NCBI RefSeq assembly: GCF_008831285.2
Contig: NC_045138.2
Coordinates: 9,424,071-9,488,000, forward strand
Source of the DNA: Nymphaea colorata
Taxonomy: Eukaryota
Direction: 5' to 3'
Length of the DNA: 63,930 nucleotides
This document shows positions 56,201 through 63,930 of this stretch, in pieces. The notes beneath the pieces are model-generated. The model saw only the letters and a program-made list of their open reading frames with translations. It made no database searches and had not been told where the DNA came from. The translations under genes and the position numbers were made by a program. Position 1 is the stretch's first letter, and each line of letters starts with the position of its first letter.

Positions 56201-59200
56201 CTGTTTTTAGGTCCAGTGTGGAGTCGGGGTATCGCGCTATGGCTCAAACTGCTGTCGAAATGACTTGGTATAGATCTTACCTGATAGCCTTGGTATTTCT
56301 ACTTCTATACCTATGAAAATGTTTTGTGATAACCAGGCTGCCACCTACATTGTAAATAATCTCCTATTTCATGAAAGGACAAAGCACATTGAAGTAGATT
56401 GCCATTACATCTAACACATGGTTTAAGGGGGAACCATCTCCACTATACATGTAGCCTCAAAAGATCAAGCAGCTAATATCTTTACTAAAGTTTTGCCAAT
56501 TGCGGAGTTTTCTAGATGTTGTGAGAAGTCGAGCATGATTAACATCTATGATCTAGCTTGAGGGGAGTGTTGAATAACATTTATGTTAGGTGGTGTTTTG
56601 AATATTTAATAGTTTCAAAAAGAGCTCTTTATTAATAATTGCTTTAAACTTGAACTTATTTTGTAATTTGTTGGTCTCACCCTAATTCTCTTTTAACATG
56701 AGATTAGGGCAAATTAAGAAGTATCGAATTAGTTTGTCTCTCACTCTCGGCCTCTTCTCTTCTCCCTTTTGGCCTCGTACAATAGTGACAAAGGAGCATT
56801 TATCTCTTGGAAGATCAATTTCTAGGGAGCAATTTCATCATGATTAATCATTAAATTTTATCATGTTCAATCATCAAATGCTTCCAAGTTGGGTTCAGGT
56901 CAATGTGGTCCCCTCTATGTGAAAGGGAAAAGAAATACACATAAACTAAAATGTCTACATGAAATAGGTTTACCACATCAAATTTTTTGCTAAAAAGATG
57001 TTAGTGCATGACCTAGAGAGTCTTCCTACCTGTCTGAAAAGGAAAAATCAATATTTGAATCGTCACAAATATCATTCTCGGGTTTTTATTGGCAAAATTG
57101 TTTTTTTCTTGGAAAATCTCAAGAAAAACTCAGAAAATTTAAAAAAATAAAAAAATTAGGTATAATGAAATAAATAACAAACTAATAGGAAAACATACAT
57201 AAAACTATGTAAAAGTGATAATAGGAATGTTTTAATGATAATAAAAATGATGAAAATAATTTATTTTAAGTTTACGTTCGGATCCAAGATACTATCAATG
57301 CTAAAAAAATAGAAAAATGAAAAAAATCGTGATAAATATTTTTTCCCGATTTTTTCAAAATATCACGTTTTTTCTTTTTTTTCGTTTTCATTATTTATGA
57401 TATTAATATGTGGCACTGGTTTGAATCATAGATGATTGACAGAATCAATAACCTTAGAAAATAAAGAGAAATACTAGATTTTCCAATATTTCAAAAAGCA
57501 AGTTATTTGGCCAAACAGGAAAATTGAAGGAAAAGAAAAAGATTCAAAAAGATGAAGGACATTAAGACAATGGACAGCTAAGACACGCTCATGGATCAGT
57601 CCTCTTCCCTTAAGTAAAAGATTAAAAACTTTGGACATCATTTCCCCAAAAATTGTATCTAGACATTGGTCAAGGTCACAACTACAATTGATCTTAACCA
57701 AGCAAATAGCAGATACATATGACCTCCTCAACTTAAGTACGCAAGAAGGTTAGTTCTTCCTGAATTTGCATAACTGCTGAAAAACAAGAATGTTAAGCAT
57801 GCCAGCAGTATTTCCAAAATGTTTAAGGGGCTAAATCACTATGATTCAAAATTATAACCAAACAGTTGTCCAAGAATCATTATCACAATATCATTCTTGG
57901 GCTTTTATCAGTAAGATTTTTCTCGAGTTTTTTAACAGCAAGTTGTATTTTTCGGGAACTTAAAAATTAAAAAATTGGATATAAATGGAATAAATGAGAA
58001 ACTAATAGGAAAACATAAATAAAACTATATAACAGTGATAAAAGGAATGTTTCAATGATAATAAGAATGACGAAGATAATTTAGTTTAAGTTTATATTTG
58101 AATCAATGATACTATCGATGCTAAAAAATAGAAAAATGAAAAAATCACGATAAAAACGCAATAAATATTTTTTTCTGATTTTTTGAAAATATCAAAATAT
58201 TTTCAAAAATACCACGATATTTGTGTTAGTAGCCGGTTATGTGATTTGGATTGGATCCCATTTGGGTTGGACCCAAATAAGTCTATAAATAGGTTGAAAG
58301 TCATAGTAGGGAGGCATCTGGTAATTGAAGGTCATTTCCTCTGGGAAGAGAGAACCCTAATCGGGGATTAGGGACTGTGTGGGTGAGTTTTGAGGTTTTT
58401 GTCCGTGTGAGCATTGCTCTTGTAAGCAGCTTGTTCGTCGGTGGCCAACAAATGGTATCAGAGCCTGTTCTAAGGGTGCAGTCAGCAAACATTGTAGATG
58501 CTCGATTGGAGAAGAGGAGATTTCATCAGCAAGGATTTACCAAACAAAAAAAACAAGCATGAATGAGATGAAGGAGACGATAATAGCATACTACAGGCAG
58601 ATGCATCTGATGCTTGAAGAGTTCCTCAATAAGGAACTGACTGATGATGCTTTTTCAGGAAGGGGAGTTCACGCACAACGAAGGACTGATTCAGAACCTT
58701 CCGACAGTGGACCTGAATAAGACGATGCTCATATATCAACCCTAAGAGAGAACGCAAACCAAAGAGATGTCGACCGTGGATTTGCTAGCACAAGGCGGTA
58801 TGATGGAGACACTAGTCCTCCACTTCATGTCCTGCCATAGCAGACAATCGGTCATGCAAATGAGCACCAAATCAAAGACGACAACAAAGTGTTGAAGCTA
58901 GAGGCGATTTCTCAAGAGAGGTGGACAAAACAAACGACGGCTCTCCACTCCCATTCTGCTCAGAGAGCGGAGTCCTCTTCCATGGTGATAAACAGAGTAT
59001 GCCATCAAAATATGAGGCGATTGTCACCTACATCGTCGACCACCATATCAGCAAACATGGCACCTGCAAAACCACTAGAAATTCAAGAGGCAGGTGGGCT
59101 AGAAACAGAGTGATTCTTCGTCCAAATTCCAGCACATCAGGAGGAGGATCATTTGGCGGGGATTAGAAAATAGGAAGTGTGACACCAACATCTACGTCCC

Positions 59201-59695
59201 TTCCATAGACGATTTCAAGATATGCTATGTTTGGAGGCGAAAGGTCTAGCACACCGCTTCCTGTAGATGGTGGAGTGCCAAGAGGAAGAAGCAGAAGGTT
59301 GATGCGAGGGACTAGTCAACCAGCGGGGAAAGCCCCCATGGCCACATACTATGGACACATGGCAAGGAACAAGGCAAGTAAAGGGGGCTACTAAGTTATA
59401 CTAACTCAAGGAGGAGTCACAAGATGGGGATCAGTCGAACAATAGTCATCGGCTAAGTCACACGGGTGTGCCAACTATGGTGGCACACCAGCACCGATGC
59501 AGGTGCGGGTGCGGCCCAACACGGCACCCGACTCGATCAAAGCAAATCGGGTGTTGCTGACCGCACCCATTCTTCTTTCTCTTGTTTTTTTTCTTTATTT
59601 TTCCTCTTCTCTCTCCCCCTTTATTTTATTTGATAAAACTTTGAATTTTGTATGAGATTAAGGTTGATAAAGAAAGTTTTAAAATGTATACAAAT

Positions 59696-59751
<56 letters not shown>

Positions 59752-62700
59752 GCTCTCGTCGCACCCGCACCCAATTTTCCTTCACCCCACACCCATGTGA
59801 CATAGATCGTTGGTCTAAATGCTGAGGTTTCAGCTCTAGACCAAGTACCCGCAATTGACTCTGAAAACAGCCACGATGGGGTTCTCTCTCTCTCCTATGA
59901 ATAGGACAAAGGTTTAATACAAGAACTTGAGTTGCGCTCTGGAGACATCGAGACAAGTAGGGTCCAAAATTGGTGCCCAAGATGACGGCACATCAAGCGA
60001 AGGAGCAGAGGAGGTGCCCTATGGGTCTTTGGGAAAAACCCTAGATGATGCCGACAAATTGAAGAGGAAGAATCGTGAGATCAGAGATGAGCGATTTGGC
60101 GAACTTAACCATGAAGGTACTGGTGATGATGGCACATACGCAAAAACTAGAGAAGAAGGAAGGATGGTCTCTGGAGGCAACAGGAGTGAGGACGCTGCAG
60201 ACTGGCCGGGTTGGAAAGATCGATATGGAAGGTGCGCATGAAAGAGACGTCTGACCAACAGCAGTGCGGGGCAATCCAAACGACAAAGCTGCTTTCGTGC
60301 AAGGTTACTTTGGTGCCAACAGTCTGCAGCATAATACCCTTGTTCCACCAATAAATTCAATAGGGCCGCTTGCCATCTTTGCAGTAGCTGTTGTGAAAGG
60401 CGACAGACTTCGACAAGGAGAGTAGGAGCGCTGGTAATAACAAACTATATATGGGTCTATCCACACTCCGCTCGCCATCACAAAAAGATCCAGGTGTGCA
60501 TGGAAGTAGGGGTTACAACAAGAGGTACTGCCAGTTCAGCCCAACCCTCAGTTGCTCTATGACCTTCTATATCTACTTCCCTCCCTCTATGGACTCTCGA
60601 AAGCTTCCCGTGCTCTACTGGTGGTCTGGACTCACATGCTCGGTGGAGAACTTTATCATCAAGTCTGAGGCTCAACTTGCAGATTCTATAGAGGGTGTTG
60701 CATTAATTGCACCCAATACATCACCAAGAGGTCTGAATGTGGAGGGAGAAATAGACAGCTGGGACTTTGGTGTGGGTGCTGAATTTTTTATGAATGCTAC
60801 ACAAGAGAAATGGAGAAACTGGCGAATGTATGTTTATGTTGTCAATGAGCTGCCTAAGCTTTTGACTGATATTCTTCAGCAGCCATTGCTAGGACAAGAT
60901 ATAAGTGATTTCTCTAAGAATAGAACACCCCTGGTGTTTTGGAGAGGGACAAGGATTGCCACCCTGATTCCATTCAGCAATAAAGATATGGGCCTGGGAT
61001 CCAATGCTCACGAGCGATGGGTTGGTGGCCAAGAGTGTGAAGACGTGTGCCACTTGGTAGTAGTGATGCACAACCGGCTTCGACCATACAACTATATTCT
61101 TTTTTATACATCTCATGCAATAGATAAAGGATTTCTTTTGAGATTGATGTTATTGTGGATTAACGCTCTACCAAACAAAGTATCAACCCAGATACAGTTT
61201 TTCTTACCCAAAGAAACTTGATTGCAGTTTGAATTTGGAGTTGACTTTTGCATGGATGACATCTCAGTGAAGTCAATAAATGTCTTGATACATGTTGAAA
61301 GGCGAGGCACTGTTGGAAATGCTGAAGGAAAATTGGCAGATGTCAAAGTCGCCTCCCTGTCCTCTACTTTCCAAGTTATATTGAATGGTTATCGGGAGGC
61401 AGCTACCTTCCTGTCTTCAATTTTTAACAAAATTGTTACTCACAGCAGGACCAATTTTACGATAGAGTGTATAAGAGACTCCTTTGGTATCCATTCAAGA
61501 AACTTGGGGGTTTGGAGACGTCGCTAAAATATCCAAATCTACACTCAGTTATGGCCAAGTCAACACACTATACTTATTTTTGTAAAACAACAGAAAGAGA
61601 GCCTCATGAAGCTGATCAGACAAAAGACAAGATCGGTCATGTTAAAAAGTGTGAAGCATCTTCTCGATTTTCTTCTACAGCTCAACTCATGCTCTGCATT
61701 AACCTGAAGTGCAGGCTTCCCTGCAGCTATTCAAATATGACAAAATGAGGAAGCTATGGAATGAAAATTCCATTAACTCAGCTGCTGGCTTGCATTTACC
61801 TGTGGTGCTGCCTGGTGTTAATTGTAAGGAGGCTTCTGAGAGCGAGCAGCAAAATTTCAGGTGTGCACTTACACTATGCAAACTCATTGACACAAGTTCT
61901 TACAATTGGCAGTCCACCTGAAAGCAACGAAGGAACCTTCGACGTCAGCATTCATTTGTCATGCTCACACCTTGAGGTCAAGGTGTTTTTCAAGGGGGGG
62001 TATTGTTAGTAAGCGATTATGTGCTTTGGATTGGATCCCATTTGGGTCAGACCCAAATAAGGCTATAAATAAGTAGAAGGTCTTAGTAGGGAGGCATCTG
62101 GTAGTTGAAGGTCATTTCCTCTGGGAGGAGAGAACCCTAATCGGTGATTAGGGTGTGTAGTTTTGAGGTTTTTATCCGTGTGTGCATTGCTCTTGTAAGC
62201 AGCTTGTTAGTCGGTGGCTAACACCATGACATTGCCAAGAACCAATGCAAGAGCTAAGAAAAGAAGTTGAAATAGAATATTAACCTCAAACATTTGACAC
62301 CTTTTTGGGGATGGAAAATAGAATAACTGCAGAACTTTAAGATAACTAGAACTAAAGTCTATCCCATTTCTACTATTTATTCCTACAGTTAACACAAATA
62401 CAACCCCACACCCCCCCCCCCAACCCTCCCCCGACTGGGCCCCCCACCCCAACCCAAAAAAAGGAAGGCATTGTACACTTGGCAAGGTAAAGAAATGTTC
62501 TACTTCAAGTTCGTTCATTTATTATGCACAAAGAAAGCTAGTGAGATGGAGACTACACAATTGATAGAACCACTTATTTCAATCTTTTACAGAAGCAGGA
62601 ATTTAAAACCTTACATGTTTGAGCACAATTAATCTGCAAATTCTTCTAGTAAAATTATTTTAGAATTGCAATTTAAATGTAAGAAAGAACATTTGCTATT

Positions 62701-62821
62701 AACTTTTTAATAGAAGGCCTTGAAGTCATACAATGGCATGCCGAAGGAAGTCACCAAGATATCAGAAGAACGAGCCACATATGCCACAAGAAGAGCATAA
62801 TGGATGAACAGATACGACCAG
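38106..62821 (-). CDS. Tryptophan/tyrosine permease family (TyrP-like) aromatic amino-acid transporter; last 9 exons, 5' part outside the window
   Basis: Exons 62821-62732, 43426-43370, 41823-41754, 40406-40305, 40236-40184, 39609-39459, 39356-39272, 38630-38502 and 38281-38106 are all GT-AG and phase-compatible. The spliced frame is open to TGA at 38106-38108. Motifs: [74 protein letters not shown]. Confidence 0.92.
38502..38630 (-). CDS. TyrP-like permease exon
   Basis: [46 protein letters not shown] flanks. Confidence 0.92.
39272..39356 (-). CDS. TyrP-like permease exon
   Basis: [36 protein letters not shown]. Confidence 0.92.
39459..39609 (-). CDS. TyrP-like permease exon
   Basis: [23 protein letters not shown]...[23 protein letters not shown]. 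Confidence 0.92.
40184..40236 (-). CDS. TyrP-like permease exon
   Basis: [25 protein letters not shown]. Confidence 0.92.
40305..40406 (-). CDS. TyrP-like permease exon
   Basis: [42 protein letters not shown]. Confidence 0.92.
41570..41594. repeat. (GT)n microsatellite
   Basis: Direct inspection. Confidence 0.9.
41754..41823 (-). CDS. TyrP-like permease exon
   Basis: [31 protein letters not shown]. Confidence 0.9.
42364..42762. mobile_element. hAT-type MITE in an intron
   Basis: TIR CATAGTCACA/TGTGACTATG; 8-bp TSD ATAAAAAC/ACAAAAAC. Confidence 0.8.
43370..43426 (-). CDS. TyrP-like permease exon
   Basis: [25 protein letters not shown]. Confidence 0.9.
45248..46038. mobile_element. Non-autonomous hAT-type element inserted in the gag of copia A
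   Basis: Termini TTATGTCAC/GTGACTTAG; 8-bp TSD TTGTTCAA/TTGCTCAA; GC-rich subterminal CGGGTGCG/CCGACTCG motifs. Confidence 0.8.
49579..52876 (-). mobile_element. Copia element C inserted in B; internally deleted (no RT)
   Basis: LTRs 49579-50044 and 52412-52876; TSD CGGAG; PBS 52411-52399; G-rich PPT 50045-50055; gag ([14 protein letters not shown]), protease WIIDSGAS, and partial integrase joined to the RNase H tail. Confidence 0.95.
53000..53283 (-). mobile_element. Solo LTR D inserted in the gag of copia B; same family as LTR 35234-35518
   Basis: TG...CA termini; TSD GCAAA; reverse complement aligns along the full length of 35234-35518. Confidence 0.93.
55787..56089. mobile_element. hAT-type MITE inserted at the RT/RNase H junction of copia A
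   Basis: TIR CATTGTCACA/TGTGACAATG; perfect 8-bp TSD GCTTATAG. Confidence 0.9.
57060..58223. repeat. Two related AT-rich MITE-like remnants (~57060-57410 and ~57880-58223)
   Basis: Both start TCACAA(A)TATCATTCT(C/T)GGG and share AAACTAATAGGAAAACATA...GATACTATC..TGCTAAAAA. Confidence 0.65.
59453..59805. mobile_element. hAT-type MITE inside element E, containing an (AT)n tract at ~59699-59751
   Basis: TIR CTAAGTCACACGGGTGTG / CACACCCATGTGACATAG; degenerate 8-bp TSD GTCATCGG/ATCGTTGG; same terminus type as 45248-46038. Confidence 0.75.
60511..60864 (+). pseudogene. SFGH: Intronless N-terminal fragment of S-formylglutathione hydrolase (esterase D) within ORF 60451-61221
   Basis: GYNKRY..FSPTL.CSMTF.IYFPPS..PVLYW.SGLTC..ENFIIKS.AQ...[42 protein letters not shown]; stops before the GHSMGG catalytic motif. 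Confidence 0.92.
60865..61920 (+). other. Unidentified coding-like segment, probably a second captured gene fragment
   Basis: The frame stays open from SFGH to 61221 and, past one TGA, to 61527, with further ORF pieces to 61921. No TE motifs; family not recognised. Confidence 0.45.
62732..62821 (-). CDS. TyrP-like permease exon (most 5' exon visible)
   Basis: [37 protein letters not shown]; phase matches exon 43426-43370. Confidence 0.92.
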
Positions 62822-62982
62822 CTGCAAGAGAATAAATTGCAAACATCACAAGTAAATCCCATGAAACCCCTGCAAATATCAGCCAATCTCTAATGATAGT
62901 CAAATAATAGAAAGACCAGCCATATTCAAAATTTCTGCCCTATACAACTTTGAAGATACATGAGAGGCTCTTATAGGGATTA

Positions 62983-63930
62983 TGTAACGCTCGGCTTTTT
63001 GTAGGTCGAGTGGGGCCAGGGTCCAGACCCGGACCCGAGCTCCACGCGCGTAAGGAACCCGACGTTGTCCCCTTCTCCCTCGTTTCTCCATCTCCCTCGT
63101 TTCCCCTCTGCGTTTCTCCCTCAGCCACAACCGCAACTCAGAGAAGAATAGGGCGGTGGGTTGAGCAGCAGCGACGGCAGCGGCAGCAGCACGCGGGTAA
63201 GCTCCCTCTCTCGCCCCCTCTGTCTGCCTCTCCCCTTCTCTCCTGCGCATTCTTCCCTCTCTGCAGCGCTCCCTCCTTCCACGCACGTTGTCCCTCTCCT
63301 CCTTGCTCAAGCTCTCATTCCCTCCTCTCGCCTCCTTCTCCATCGCCTTTTCCTCCTTCCTCTTCCTTCTTGTCCTCCACCGTCCTACGCAGACACTTCC
63401 CTCACCGTCTGAACCCTCTATCTCCGACCGTCTCTCCCCTCTCTGTCTGCCCTACCCTCTCAGCCCATCTCTCCACTCCGTCTGAACTCCCTCTAGTCGA
63501 TTTTTGACTCGTTTAGGGCTTTTTGGTCAATGTGCAGCTTGAGGACGCATTTGTTTCCCCACATAGCAGCGGGGTGAAGGCATTGGTGGTGGCAGCATTG
63601 AGGGATTCTAGCTGTTTGGGGGCCTTTCGAACGCTTGAGGCAGCTGCTAAGAACATTGCGGCAGTTTGGACACTAATTTTGGGGTGAGCAAGGCTAAATG
63701 AAACCTAAATTGTCGAATATTTTCTGTTAGAGCATGTATAATTATTGTTTGAGCATGCTAGAAGTTAGAATTTGATGTTTAAGGAGCCATGTTAGCGACT
63801 TGGCTTTTTGGGGAAGGTTTAGGATTATGTTGGAGAAGCGATGATTCATGTATATATTGATCTTTAAGCTTGAGGTGTTGATTTTCAAGGCAATAGGGAA
63901 GCATGGTAGAGATTTGATGTGGGTGAGAAG
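62983..63930 (+). mobile_element. Probable start of a long gypsy-type LTR in the next intron; runs off the window
   Basis: Abrupt TGTAACGCTCGG start and a switch to GC/CT-rich sequence typical of long gypsy LTRs; partner LTR not visible. Confidence 0.6.

Larger units (their letters stand above)
43917..56784 (+). mobile_element. Copia element A (outermost of the nest), degenerate
   Basis: LTRs 43917-44122 and 56568-56784; TSD GTGAC; PBS TGGCATCAGAGC at 44123; gag remnants 44880-46730; RT/RNase H remnants 55149-56560; PPT GAGGGGAG. Confidence 0.93.
58224..62223 (+). mobile_element. Non-autonomous LTR element E (gypsy-like) carrying captured gene fragments
   Basis: LTRs 58224-58450 and 62004-62223 (TGTTAG...AACA); PBS TGGTATCAGAGCC at 58453; PPT AAGGGGGGG; 3' end reads [11 protein letters not shown], like a gypsy pol terminus. 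No RT or integrase; no clear TSD. Confidence 0.88.

Noticed and set aside
60451..61221. Functional S-formylglutathione hydrolase gene
   Set aside because: It lacks the GHSMGG nucleophile motif and the C-terminal half, has substitutions at conserved sites, and sits inside an LTR element.
62900..63507. 147-aa and 165-aa ORFs
   Set aside because: Low-complexity translations of a CT/GA-rich probable LTR.

Overview
Plant (angiosperm-like) genomic DNA, repeat-rich, with no prokaryotic features, RNA genes or CRISPR arrays. From left to right: (1) 1-10.56 kb is an AT-rich satellite of about 16 x ~660-bp units, each built from ~110-bp subunits. (2) 15.1-27.0 kb is a decayed, intron-retaining partial copy of the plant spastizin (SPG15/ZFYVE26) homolog; one intron carries TRIM mini-retrotransposons and a near-identical 4 x 1490-bp tandem array. 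(3) 28.2-30.0 kb is a diverged monomeric ~110-bp array of the same satellite family, containing a solo LTR. (4) 32.3-35.5 kb is a badnavirus-like endogenous pararetrovirus fragment joined to the 3' part of a Ty1/copia element. (5) 38.1-62.8 kb holds nine apparently intact minus-strand exons of a Trp/Tyr permease (TyrP-like) gene whose 5' end lies beyond the window. Its 19.3-kb intron contains a nested copia stack, hAT-type MITEs and a non-autonomous gypsy-like LTR element. That element carries an intronless fragment of S-formylglutathione hydrolase fused in frame to a second, unidentified coding-like segment. All protein and family assignments come from motif recognition by eye; no database searches were run.
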